DNA from: Marsupella aquatica
Taxonomy: Eukaryota > Plantae > Marchantiophyta
Length of the DNA: 64,000 nucleotides
Direction of reading: 5' to 3'
Assembly (NCBI GenBank): GCA_973895155.1
Contig: OZ316898.1
Coordinates: 11,369,187 to 11,433,186, forward strand
Below the pieces are notes generated by a model. The model searched no databases. It was not told where the DNA came from and saw nothing but the letters and a program-made list of their open reading frames with translations. The position numbers were made by a program, and so were the translations under genes. This document shows positions 26,824 through 39,321 of this stretch, piece after piece (positions within the stretch are counted from its first letter, which is position 1; every line of letters begins with the position of its first letter).

Positions 26824-27483
26824 ATGGCTCGCAATAAGCAGAAGGCCATGAATCATTGCAGAGGTGAATCCTCTCAAGCACCTCAATTGTCCTTATATTC
26901 AGACATTGAGATTAACCAGAATAGTCCACATGTATGTGCGATTTGTGATGAGGGAGGGGATCTCATTGTTTGTGATGGGCCTTGCCACCGACATTTCCAT
27001 AAGAATGTTTCCTGTCCTTTGGGTCAGCAATGGCTATGCCCAACTATATCCCTGGCTGATGGCCATGTTGGAGAATGGCTTTGTGTTGATTGCAAGAATG
27101 ATGAACATTCTTGCTTTAAGTGTCATGTGTCTGGAAAAATTGGTGAAGAGGTAAGAAAATGTCCAAACCCTCTCTGTGCCCGGTTTTACTGTCGGCAGTG
27201 TTTGGTTCCTGGCACAGCATCATGTGGACTCCATATTTGTCTTACTTGTGGACAGGGGCCCAATGATGGGGCTAATGGCTTTTTGGTTCAGTGCATGAGG
27301 TGTCCTAAGGCATGGCACAAGGACTGCTTGCTGTTTATCCAGCAGAGGGGATTTGCCCATGATCAAACAATTTGGGATCACTCAGCGCATGGGCAGCCCA
27401 AGAAGGGGATGTTTTACTGTCCTGACCATGACATTGACCCTACACTAGGCACTCTTGCTAGGAGCCACATATCTTGGATTTGA
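26824..27483 (+). CDS. Stand-alone EDM2/NSD-type triple PHD-finger protein (219 aa), CACTA cargo
   Basis: Start in ACCATGG context after an acceptor (TGATGTAG, ~26806). Motifs CAICDEGGDLIVCDGPCHRHFH, HSCFKC, CPNPLCARFY, CGLHIC, CMRCPKAWHKDC and YCPDHDIDPTLGTLARSHI parallel the EDM2 PHD region as I recall it. The frame is intact and intronless. Confidence 0.85.
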   Translation: MARNKQKAMNHCRGESSQAPQLSLYSDIEINQNSPHVCAICDEGGDLIVCDGPCHRHFHKNVSCPLGQQWLCPTISLADGHVGEWLCVDCKNDEHSCFKCHVSGKIGEEVRKCPNPLCARFYCRQCLVPGTASCGLHICLTCGQGPNDGANGFLVQCMRCPKAWHKDCLLFIQQRGFAHDQTIWDHSAHGQPKKGMFYCPDHDIDPTLGTLARSHISWI

Positions 27484-30400
27484 TTGAGGCTGGATGGAAC
27501 ACAAACTTGAGATAGAGCTTTTTGATGGTTTCACGTGGACTTAAACAATTTTCAGAGTGCTAAAACATGTGGACTATTTATATGCAGTTTGATGAACTCC
27601 TCATGTATACACACTCTACAACAATGCATGGCGGATTGAGGCAATTAATTTTGAGAAATCAACTTTATGATCTTTTCCAGGGTAGGATTCCAATTTTCAA
27701 GCATGTGCTTTGAGTGTGACTTTCCTCCATATTGATGTCTAAACTTCACTTGTAAATTTGTCACTGGTGTCACAAACGTTACTTATTCCAGACTTGTCTG
27801 CTCACATTCCTAATAGGCAAACAAATATTGGAAATGATGAAGGCACAGAGATTTACGTTCATAGTATCATTCTGATGACACTGTATGTGATGCTCTATTT
27901 GTATGCAAGATGGAGAAGGTGCCTCACTACATTGGATTTGAGAAACTGGGCTCTGTGGGTTTGAGCAATTGGACTGTGGTTGGCATCAGTTGTACAACTG
28001 TGATGGTAGGCCCAATTTTGTATGCATGTCACACTGATTGAGTTTGAAAATCATAGTTTGAATACAATTTCAATCAAGCTAGCATGGCACAATTGCCACA
28101 GAATACGTTAGGTGTGGGTAGAACTCCAAAGTTGCTGCTCTTCCATCCAGCTAGAGTACAACATCGTGATGATGCTTTGTGGGTTCAAGAACAGAAGGCC
28201 TGCCACAAGAGTGGGGACCATAAGATGTACTGCCCTTGTGTGAACTGCAAAGGGAATTATAGGACTAATCGGAATACTGCTAGACTGCACCTTATTAAAC
28301 ATGGTCGGTACCCTGCATGTCGAGTGTGGGTGGGAGAGGGACAGGACTCTTCTGATGAAGAGTGGGGTGTTGACTACATGTAACAACATGGCCCTGAGGC
28401 ATTGAGGGTAGCAAACCTTCAGCAGGCAACCTGTGCACAACAGCCAACTGTAGATGTTGAAGAACATTTATTTGTAGATGTTCCAGAGTATCCAACTGTG
28501 GATGTTCAAGAACATCGAACTATAGATGTTGAAGAACATATCAGGGCTCTACTGGAAGAAACATTGTTGAGAACCAATGAAGAATCCCCTGAGCATGAAC
28601 TAGATGATCAGGACCGTTTTGACTTGGATTTTGTACTTGGGGATGATGAGAGTGAAGGAGGTGCCCATCCTATAAACCCCCTTGAAACCTCTGAAACTCC
28701 TGTGGAGACTGATCCTGCACAGTTATCTTTAGATGCAGCAATGCAACCTTTGTTCCTAGGCAGCAAAATAGATGTTGTGTCATTCATGTTGCTTCTGCTG
28801 AACATCTGTCATGGCCATGGATTCTCAAACAAAGGAGTGAATGCATTGTTGTCTTTGATGGGGGAGCATGGTATGCCTGCAGAGCATAATCTGCCCAAGA
28901 ACTTATATGCTGCAAAGCAGCTATTGAGAAAGCTTGGCTTGGATTATGAGAGAATCCCTGTCTGTGAGAAAGGTTGCACGCTCTTTAGGGGTGAGAATGC
29001 CAAGTTAGAAAACTGTTCAGTGTGTCAGCAGCCCAAGATGAAGAGAGTGGGGAATTCATTACAGGCAAGGAAGGTGGTGCAGTATTTCCCTATAATTCCC
29101 AGGTTGAAGAGATTGTATGCCACTGCTGGTACATCTAAACTCATGACTTGGCATCATGAGAATGGAAGCACAGACAACATGGTTCGGCACGCAGCAGATT
29201 CAAAGGCTTGGAAGCATGTGGATACAAATATTGATCGGAAATTTGCAGCTGAACCAAGGAATGTGCGATTTGGGTTGGCACTTGATGCGGTGAATCCCTT
29301 TGGGAATAATTCCACAGCTTGGTCTACCTGGCCAATACTGTTGTTGAATTACAATTTACCTCCTTGGCTTACCACCAAGAAGTTCTTTGTCATGCTAGCT
29401 ATGCTGATTCCAGGACCTGATTCAGTAACAGAGGAACAACTGGACATAATATTGGGCCCATTCTATGAGGAGCTGGAGCTGTTGTGGAAGAAAGGAGTGC
29501 CCTGCTTTGACAAATTGCCACGCCCAGGATTGTCTCAACACTTCAACCTTAGGGCTGTGCTATTGTGGACAATCAATGATTACCCTGCATATGGTTTAAT
29601 ATCTGGACAACAACACTCTGGATACAAAGGATGTGTCATCTGTGGGCCAGAATGTGTGGCACGTGGTTCTAAGCACTTGCAGAAATTAGAGTACAGTGGC
29701 CACCGTCGATGGTTAGCAGCAAGGCATCTATTTTGTAGACCAGACAGTGCACAATACTTTGATGGTGCAATTGAGAGTCGACCTACACCGTGTAGAATGA
29801 CAAGCTCTGATAGAAAGAAGTGGGGAGACGAGACAACAGAATATTTGAAGAAGGGAGGAACCAAGGTTGAGGATGAGAAATGCCCCATAAAGATGCATGG
29901 AGTGAAGAGGGCTACTGGTCTATACAAGTTGCCCTATTGGAATGTAAGACTCCATACTACTACAATGAATTTCTGCAATCTCTTCATATGACTTTGAAAT
30001 ATATTCTCTTCATATACTTCCTGTACCCCAGATTTTGTAATTGTTGTATTCAATGCACTAATTTCTGAATTGTGTGTCCATTGCACAAACTATTGCCCAG
30101 TGATGCCAAAAGTTGTATTCAATGCCCTAATTTCTGAATTGTGTGTCCACTGCAGAAACTACTCATTAACCATTGTCTAGATCCCATGCACTGTGAGAAG
30201 AATCTTGCACACAACATTGTGCACACTATCATTGGGACCAAGGACACTCCTTCTGTGAGAGAAGACATGAAGCTCTTACAGGTGCGCCAACACCTATGGC
30301 TTGTACCCAATCCAGCTCCCAAGCGTAACGATGACAAATTGTTGATGCCCCCAGCCCCATATTGCCTGAGCAAGAAGGAAAGAACAAGGTTCTTGGAGGT

Positions 30401-32473
30401 TTTATTGACCTTGAAAGGGCCCACTGGTTTTTCAAGTTCTTTGGCAAAGTGTGTTACAAAATCCAAGAAACTCTCTGGGTTGAAATCACATGATTTCCAC
30501 CAACTCATGCAACAGATTCTCCCTTTGGCAACAATGGGATTACTTGATGAAGGGGTTCGCTTGGCCATAGCTGGGGTGAGCAATATCTATCGCCAGATCT
30601 GTACGAAGGTGTGGGACCCTTCAATGTATGAGAATTTGATGATGGATGTTGCATTCACTCTCTGCATTTTGGAAATCCATTTTCCACCAAGCTTCTTTGA
30701 TGTCATGACCCATTTAATGATTCACCTAGTGGAGGAATTAGACTTGTGTGGCTCAGTTACAGGCAAATGGATGTACCCAATAGAGAGGAACCTGAAGGTA
30801 TTGAAGGGTTATGTACGAAACAAGGCACGTCCAGAGGCTTCTATGGCTGAAGGCTATGTATTAGATGAGTCTTTGGGATTCCTTTCTGAATACATGATTG
30901 ATGCAAAGGGAGAGGGAAAACGAACCTGGGAGTTGGAGGAGGATGTTGGCGTTGCAGGCATTGTTTTGGAAGGGGCTGCAAAGGCGATAACTTTGGATTG
31001 GTCTGAAATGATGGCCATGCATCATTATATATTGGAGAATGAAGAGACAGTGGCTCCATGGTACAGGTACATAAACCCTAAATTATGTTGGCCCATTGTG
31101 TTTGTATATTCATGGTGGATCATGCACTAATGTCTTCAGTGTTGTTGTTGCCATGCAGGATATATGATGCTACCAATGAGACTGTTACCAAACGAAGAGT
31201 GGATTTCCGGAAGGAATGGATGAGGAAGCCTGCCAATCGAAGAAAACCAGTGGAATTTCCCGCTGACTGCCAAGAATTGCCACCTTTCAGGGAATGGTTT
31301 CAAACATTAGTCAATACCCATAATTTTGAGAAAGAGTCTAAGCGGTCATTACTATCTGCATACTCCACACCACCTAGTTTGAAGGCACGACTGTATAGGG
31401 CATGCAGAGCCTATGGGCACCATTGGAGGACTATTCCATCCTTGGGGTGTTTGAGTGATTGTGATTCTGGTGCTTTCAACACTTTTGATTCTGGGATGGC
31501 TTCTACATTCACTGAGAAGCGAGTGGACAGGTCTGGTGCAACCATAGACGAATCTGTACAGTATGTAGGGGCCTTGTCACGTCGTAAGCTTCGGCCTTAA
31601 CTCCGACTTCAGCTTAGACGGGTACATCCCTCGTAAATCTGAGGGTTCGGGCAGGAAGGGAAGCACGTAATGCACCTTATTCTCGTAAACTAGCGCTAAG
31701 TGCGCATATTGCTAAATACGGTCACCTCCTAGGTATGGTTTGTGTTCCACCGCCAGAACGTACCTTAGTCGATAGCGGGATCGACCCCGGCTTAAGGGCT
31801 TCTAAGCCTTCATGCTGTCCGCCTTCGATCCGGATTCGATGATACAGGTCCTCAACCCGTGCTCGCAACCACTTACCCGCAGGCTACACCCTGTGCACGT
31901 CTCGGGTAGTGCGTTCGGCCTGGCGCTGCCACCCATATACGAGAAACCCACACACATATGCGCACACATGCATACAATCTCGATTTACACGAAGGAAAAT
32001 GATGGGAAAGGATTTTACTACAAAGGGAATATATGCATACACTTAGTTGACACGACAGCCCTGGAATGAACAGGTTCAAGGCCGAGGGTGCACACTACAA
32101 CGGAGCCTGGCTCCGCACTCGCCCGACGAGCTTAGTCCTACCCCCTCCCCTTGGTACTCTGTCATTCCCAGAGGTCGGGACTCCCCGCAAGTCCCGCGGA
32201 TGTCCGACTCTAAAACTAAAAAAACCCCCCCTGCCTCTACTGAGGGGTGCACTAAATACTAAGAGCCGAGGGACGGGGTGTCCTCTCGCCGAAGATTTGC
32301 TGACTAAGGTCCTAACTAAGCTGACAGTCAGGCCGGAAAACGGCTGTGTCTTATTAGAAGATCCTAATCTACGCAGGCTGGACAGCAGGGCAGCGCTGCT
32401 GTACCTAAGGCAGGTGCCTGTCCCAAGAGCCTGACTAAGCCAATCCTAATCCTAATCTATTCCTACTCCGCCG

Positions 32474-35128
32474 CTAATGCCTGGCACGCTTGCCAGAGCC
32501 GCCCGAATGGGAACGGCCATCCCGCTGCCTTCGAAGCCTGTCATTGTCCGCTTTGAGGAGCTGGACCTGGTCCAGCAGAGATTCGTTCTCTCGCCTCGCC
32601 GCGTCCGTCTCCTCTGCTGCCTCTTGACATGCCTCCTCCAGCTGCTGGGCGTCGCTCGTCAGTTTACCCGCCAGCTGGTCCTGCTTCTCGGCCTCGGTTT
32701 GGAGCCGCGCCATCTCGGCCTGCAGCGTGGCTATCTCCGCCGTGTCCCGCTGGGCTCGCTCCTCGGCCTCCTCCAGGTCTTTCTGCCAGGTGACAGCTTG
32801 TTTCTTCAAACTGTCAATCTGGTTCCGGAGTCGTGTAATCTCAGCCTCGTTCCCAGCTTTGGCCTGTTCGGCTAGGGCGGTAAGAGCGTACGCCTTTGCT
32901 AACAACTCATCGGCGGCTGCAACCTTGGGTCGTAGTTGCAGAAGCTCAGCCTCTTGAGCCGCCACTTCATTCTTTAGGTACACGGACTCCACCCGGTACC
33001 GCTCTATCCTCTGAAGGGCCTCCGACTGGGCCCGACCTGCCTTTACGGCGGCAACCAACTCCTGATTGAAGAAACAGGCTACCTTCCGGGCCATGAACTC
33101 CCCGGTATCCCAGGCAATTTGATGAGAGAAATCTCCCAGAAGCCCGTTCAGAAACGTACCCTGTACGAAGAGTTCCGGATGGTCCAAGTTGTGCCTGTCC
33201 GGATTTGGGCACGGGCAGACGTCAACACGCGCAGGGGCCGGGGCAGTGACGTCCAGCCCTGGGGACATAACGTTGGAAGGGGCTAGAGTGTCCTCCTGCA
33301 GCGATGTCCGGTTCTCCGGAATTGCCACCGGCGGGTCCTTGGGAGACCCGGGTTCGGGTAAGACCTCTGCCGTACCAACTTCTGTACTTAGCCCGGCTAG
33401 TTGGGTCGCATCAACGGTTGCGATGACCGACCCCTCCGGTGCCTCCTCGGTTACGATTACAGCTATTTGTGGAGGTGGGGTGGGTGAAGCTGGCGTGTCC
33501 ACTGGACTTCGGGCCTCGGGTTGGGGCCGTCTCTCCAATGCCGGAAAAACCCACCTAGCTGGGACCAGCTTTGTAACGTTGATGCGGGGAAGGGTTCGTC
33601 GATCAAACCGGGTGTACCACTCAAGACTGATTTCGATGTGGCTAGCGAAATACGCCTTCCCGCCAATGTACAGTGTCTTCCTTCGCCGCTCCATCTCTTC
33701 ATGGAATTTCTTAGCGAAGTACGATGCCCATTTCCTAGGTCGATAGTTCTCGACCTGGATAACCTGGGCGGCGGAGATCTCCCCCCGGGGTTCCATCATG
33801 TGGAGAGCGTACCTTTGGAACTCCAGCTGCTCAGCTATCTCGGGCATGAGGCAGGTCCTCATCATGAACCCGTTGTCTACTGCTCCTTCTGAGGGAAAAC
33901 TTGAAGATTGGTACTTGGCCCCCTTGCCCCCGGGAGCCCGTGATTCGACTCGATGGTCACCTTCGGGTAACCCAAAGATCATCTTGAGCCGTTCTTCTGT
34001 GAGGGACATATTCCTTCCCCGCAGCCGAGTCTGTTGACGTACGTCGTCATAATTCTTGATGAATTCTGTCTTGTCCTCCCCGTAGTACCTGCAAGTGTTC
34101 CAGGGGAGAGAGGTGAGGTGCTCAAATCCCTGAGTCTTCAGGTACACCGCATGCTTGGGATGGAGGATGTTGCTGTGAACGTTTTCCCCCATGCGGTGCA
34201 TCGTCACCTTGGCTACGGCTACCGTGGCCAACGGTAACCTGGATGCAGTGGCGGATTCCTTCCTCTTCCTTCCCCGTGACTGACTCGGGGAAGGTGAGAC
34301 TTCCCCATCCTCCCTATCGGGCCTGGGGAGTGCCACTGCGGTTGGTAACGGGCCCGGGGCGGCCACGGTCACCATGTTGTCTGCTGGGGTCGCTCCTGGG
34401 GTCAGAGCAGGGGGTGGGGACGATATAGTGTCGGCCCCCCGAGCGCTTGTTCCTCTGGGCCGCCTGGTCAAGGGTGGGGTAGCCTCGTCGTCATCGCTAA
34501 GATCCACAGCGTTGATGACGGAGCGTACCTGTGCTGGCTGGGTGATAGGTGGTGGGGTTTGGCTAGGCTGCGGCTGAGGCTGAAGCTGAAGCTGAGCCTA
34601 AGGTTGAGGCTGGGGTTGCATGGGCACGGGTACGGGTACGGGCCTGGCTGAGTTGGTCATGTTGGTTGATGGTCGAGTTCCCATGAAGCTCTGCAGGTGC
34701 TGGTAGAAGTTCTCCGAAGCGAGTGCGGACGCCCTTGTCGAACGGTTGGTACTGGACTCGCCGTTAATGACAGCCCGAACCTGGGCAGGGATGTGGTCGA
34801 AGTGATGTCGCTGCAGGTCGATTGTACCCGGGATATTGAAGACCTCGTCCGGAAGCCGAAGCAATGCTTCCCAGAACCCGATATATTTGTCTCCGTTGAA
34901 GAAGTACCCAGATACCTCTGCTGGTCGGTAAAGCTCGCTCTGAGACGGGTAGTCAAAGTTAAGGACGTAGTGGTGTCGTCCTGCTAGGCGGATGGCTCTC
35001 TCGTATTTGCGTTCGATTTTATATCGGCGCGGGTTGGCATGTTTCAATGAATCGGCCAAGTGCCTTCCGGTAGATAGGAATTGCGTCCAGAATTGAATGG
35101 CCGAGCTGGAGAGGATCGTGTGCGACAT
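32474..35128 (-). pseudogene. 884-codon ORF (retroelement accessory-ORF-like domain plus C-terminal coiled coil) with one internal TAG at 34598-34600
   Basis: The 176-aa and 677-aa ORFs share a frame, joined by QPQP*AQLQLQPQP. TEFIKNY...LRGRNMSLTEERLKMIFGLPEG resembles the plant retroelement extra-ORF (Transposase_32/PMD-like) motif. The last ~190 aa are heptad-like. Confidence 0.7.
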
Positions 35129-35229
35129 TCAGAGGAGATAGTAGTGGCGACCTAAAGAGAACGAGAGAGCTGGGTTCGAAGCTGGCGCGCGGACTGATGG
35201 ACTGGTGCACTACAAAGGGTTGGCTCCCC

Positions 35230-35236
35230 TTTTATA
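35230..35236 (-). promoter_or_regulatory. Candidate TATA box of the LTR-like element
   Basis: Minus-strand TATAAAAGGGG lies ~100 bp upstream of the ATG at 35128. Confidence 0.5.
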
Positions 35237-36135
35237 CTTTGAGGGCTTGTCGATCCCCGACGTCTCCTCGACGCCCATAGGCTGAACCGCTCACGCTTGT
35301 GGTGTACCGGCCACTCCGCCGGTCTGAGTCAGCGTGCATCAGTGGCCGCTTCCTTAAGTTCGTTATACGGACCCGAGGGAGGGGCCCTCCCACGCTCGTA
35401 ACCCGGGTGTGCGAATAGCGACCCGCCGCCAGCCCGAACCTGAAGTCCCCCTTATTGCCTAATGATGTCCTACCCTAATGATTACCTAAATACTATCGTT
35501 ATGCTAATAATAGCGGCCTAAGACCCACCTAATGCGCATGCCGAGCGCAGTTAGACTAAATCACTCATTAACCGCCGTACCGGCGGCGTCACAGGCCTTG
35601 ACAGATATCTTGGTACTAAATTACGGCAGCTTGAGGAAAGAGGTGATTCTTTTCAAAGGGAAATGGGCAGATCCATCATGGACTCCTAAATCCTCTGCCA
35701 GTATGAGGTATTCCGAGTCTGGTCTTTGGCAGGTGAATTTCCATAGAGAACTGGGTGTGTCCAAGAAAATGGATTATGTTTTCCCAAAGCAAGTGGAGCA
35801 GGTTTTCTTCCACCCCAATGAGAAGGGGATAGCATGGAGAACAATCCTCCACAAAGAATCCAGGTCCACAAGGGTGTTAGGTGATTACACAGACGTTGAT
35901 TTCCATGCTACAATGGAAAACAATGCCAAATTACACATCGAATTGGCTAAGGCCTGTAGGTCCAGAGCAAATCCAGGACCATTGACTGGTCCCAAACGAG
36001 GCAAAGATGCAGAGGGATCTGCAAGAAAGGGCAGGCCTAAGCAGTGAATAGGTTTTAGGTGTGTGAAGTCCATAGATGGACTACATGTATGGACTATATA
36101 TGAAATCAGACTAATGGTTTACCCATTTGTGCAGT

Positions 36136-39100
36136 TGGTGAATGCAGCCTGTGAAAGGAAGATTGCAGGGGTTGTCACATTCTGTGAATCCTTATGAGGA
36201 GGCCCAAAATCGGAACATAGAGCATAATGTCAGAATTATGCGTGATCTAGGACTGGGGCCAGACTGCAAGCTAATGTGTGTGTTAATATGTCTGTTGCAA
36301 ATTTGATTCAGTAGATGGAGTTGTCAGGTTCCTTTTCTGTTTTCATATTCCAGATTGGTCTCATACTAGTATGGATCCTGTACATAAGTACTAGTGTTAT
36401 GGTGTTGTAGATTCATTTTGCATGTATGTTTGATCGATCTGCATTGGTGTATGTTGATGATTGCTTTAATTGTTCCTTAGAGGCCCAACCACACATGTAC
36501 AACGAGAGAGAGGAAAGCCTACTTTGGTGAAAGGTACTTCAACTGAAACATTGCCAAAGAGGAGGAGCTCTAGACTATCAGAAGTTACCAAGGTGAACAT
36601 GGCAGAGTCTGGTGATGATGGCTATGGTTCTCCTTCTGGGTATGACACTGAGGATTGTGACATTGGAGGGTCAGAACCAGAGAGTGAACAACAGGTAATG
36701 CTTGAACTTCATCATCCTAATAGGAAGGGATCCTTGTCCCTTTTTCAAATTATATGTTGATATGCTTACGTTGTCCATGATGTAGGTACAGAAACAAAAT
36801 CATGGTCCTAAGAAGACTGGGCCTGGTGGAGGTGGGCTGGTGAGATGTTGGAAAGACCCAGACACTGGACTCTTATATGAAAGTGAGTGGATTGTACTCT
36901 TCTACTTTTCAGGTGTGTTTGGAAGTTGATATTCTACTTGGAAATGAAATTAATTGAAGTGCTTTGGTGTTGTGTGTTTGTTTAGTGGTTCCATCAGCAT
37001 CTGAAGGCAGATCAGGTCAATCTGATGTACTACATTCCAGAGGATCTTCAGGTAATACACAATCTGCTTGTCATGCATATGCAAGTGCATTTGCTGTACT
37101 TTTCAATCATGTACATATTTTTTGATTGAATGCATGTGTGTGCATTGCAGGCGGGGCCTCTGAGATGCGCAGGGAACGAAGGCATGCTAAGAAGCAGTTT
37201 GATAATACTGCCAAACAACGAAGGGATTGCGGAGAGTTGCCCAAACACATTAAAGTGAGTATTGTACTTTTTTTGAATGTAGATTTAGACAAATCTGATC
37301 CTCTCTGTTGTTGTGTGTATAAAACCTGGACTCTACATAAATTCCAGAGTTATGATCTGACATTGTCTGTGAAATGCAGATTTATGACAATGATATTGAT
37401 GATTCTGATGGCAACAAACAATACTGGCTGGAGGAACTTCATGGCAATGTACTCAGAGTCTTTGATGTATCAAAGCCAAAATGGACTGATCATCCACAAG
37501 TTCATACAACCACAGTGTGGAATAACATGGCAGCTGAGTGGGAGTATGTGGGTGGGGAATTTATTAAGACCAAATTCCAGAGTCATTGTCGTGGCATATT
37601 GAAGAGAGAGCGCCATAAAATGCATGTTTATTGGAAGAAAGTTTGCAATGAGGATCCAACCAAACCTGGGCCATCTGGTGTTGATCCAAAGAAATGGGCA
37701 GCTTTGGTATCTCATTTTACCAATCCAGCATTGATATCTTTGAGTAAACAGATGACTGATAAAAGAGCACGAGTGCAAGATACCTCTCACTTTGGGAGAG
37801 GAGGGCATGTTGTAGCAGCAAAGAGAATGGTAAATTGTGGCCTGTATCATTTTCACTATCAATTCTGTCTTGTTTGTGAATCTTGATGAAAATAGACTCT
37901 GTGATTCTCATTCATTGTGTGTTTGAACAGAAGCAGAAGAGAGGATCAAGCCCAGGTATATCTGACCTGAAAGAAAACCATGGTAGTCAGGGTTCATTGC
38001 CAAAGGTGACAATGAGCCCATCATTGGCAAGTGCAGAAGGTCAGACTGGTAGTTTTGTGGGAGCAAAGGTGAGCCCATCATTGGCAAGTGGGGAGGGTAA
38101 AAGTGCTAGCTTACTGGGGCAAGGAAACAGACATGGATCAGCTGTGAGTATACTCATACCAATTTGATTTGTACATCATTCTCCATTTGACAGAGTGTTG
38201 TGTCGTTTGTAAGTTTGAAAGTGAGAATGTTGTGTTGGTTTGTGGTTCATTTACAGACCCCACATTCAAAAGAAGAGATCACTGCCATTGGGGCTGTGAA
38301 ATTGGATGTTGATGAGTTGAAAGGCACTATGAGAGAGTTGACAAACATGATGACTACGTGGATGGCACATCACACCAATAATGCACAAGTTCCAACAGTT
38401 GTACCTAGTCACAGTAAGTTGACTACAGCTACCAAACAAGGTAGTAGAAAGCGATCTCTTACTTTTTCAGGTGATAATGAAGGTAAAATTCTCTATCATG
38501 TATACACTGTCCATTCAATGTAATTATTGTGATGTGTATTTGTCATTGCATGTTTATAATGTTCTTGCATGTTTTTAGTGTGATTATATGTTGCTGGTGT
38601 ATACATGTTTGTTTATGCATTTCTTTTGTGTGTGTTTTATGATAGCGTCTTTAGGGGAGCCTCCTGTGTCGCAGGGAAGACCAACTGACACAGCTAACAG
38701 TACTCTGAAGCAAACTGAATTGGAAGTGAACCTTTTGCCATCTAAGTTGCCCAAAGAAGCCATTTCAGATGCCTTTCAGTTGCCAGAGGATAAGTCAAAT
38801 CAGTTGACACCAGATGTAACCCCAGAATCATCTGAGTTGCCAAAAGAAACTCCTGTTCCAAGTGAGCAGGATGACACTCCATCAACTAGAAAGGGAAAGA
38901 AGAAAAGAAAGAAAGGATCCTCAGCAAATGCATCACCTGCACAGAAGAAACCAATGTAGTCTCCTAACCCCATTGCAAAGGTAAATGTGTGTTTGATTTG
39001 AGTGTTCTTCTATCTTTCAATTTCTGTTTATTGCATTTTTAACAAAATGTGTTGTTCACAGTTTGCAAGAGGAGATTTGGTGAAGATGAAGAGCGTTGTG

Positions 39101-39321
39101 GACAATTCCATGATAGTGGCAGAAGGTGAGGTGCCAGGCTGCCAGGAGAAGATAAGTTTCATTGTGCAGATTTTGAAAGCCCTTTCTTGCGAGTGCGTGT
39201 GATTGAAGTGTTTGTAGATGTGGCATTGCCATTTGCCAATGCAGGGGAGAACCAGTCTAAATTATCTGATGTGAAAGGGATGAATGCCCTATGGAACTCT
39301 AGATTGCTTAAGAAGCAATAG
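36136..39321 (+). pseudogene. CACTA TnpA-like multi-exon gene (probably decayed)
   Basis: NPYEEAQNRNIEHNVRIMRDLGL N-terminal motif; PSGVDPKKWAALVSHF...SHFGRGG (Transposase_24-like); C-terminal IVAEGEV...RVRVIEVFVDVALPF...ALWNSRLLKKQ* with a frameshift. Many GT-AG introns; exon borders are approximate. Confidence 0.7.

Larger units (their letters stand above)
31575..35593 (-). mobile_element. 4.0-kb solo-LTR-like insertion (TG...CA, 5-bp TSD GGCCT) carrying a long ORF
   Basis: TSD at 31570-31574 and 35594-35598. Minus-strand termini TGTGACG...CGTGACA. Removing it restores the TnpD frame YVGALTDILV. No gag, pol or terminal direct repeat seen. Confidence 0.88.
28084..36047 (+). pseudogene. CACTA TnpD-like transposase (Transpos_assoc, Transposase_21, DUF4218, DUF4216); segments 28084-29943, 30156-31066, 31159-31574, 35599-36047
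   Basis: Motifs CPCVNCKG, YFPIIPRLKRLY, RHAADSKAWKH, EPRNVRFGLALDAVNPF, LLWTINDYPAYG, DPMHCEKN, GLKSHDFH, FPPSFFDVMTHL, WMYPIER, VFPKQVEQVFF. Disabled by an in-frame TAA at 28381 and the 4-kb insertion at 31575. Confidence 0.92.
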
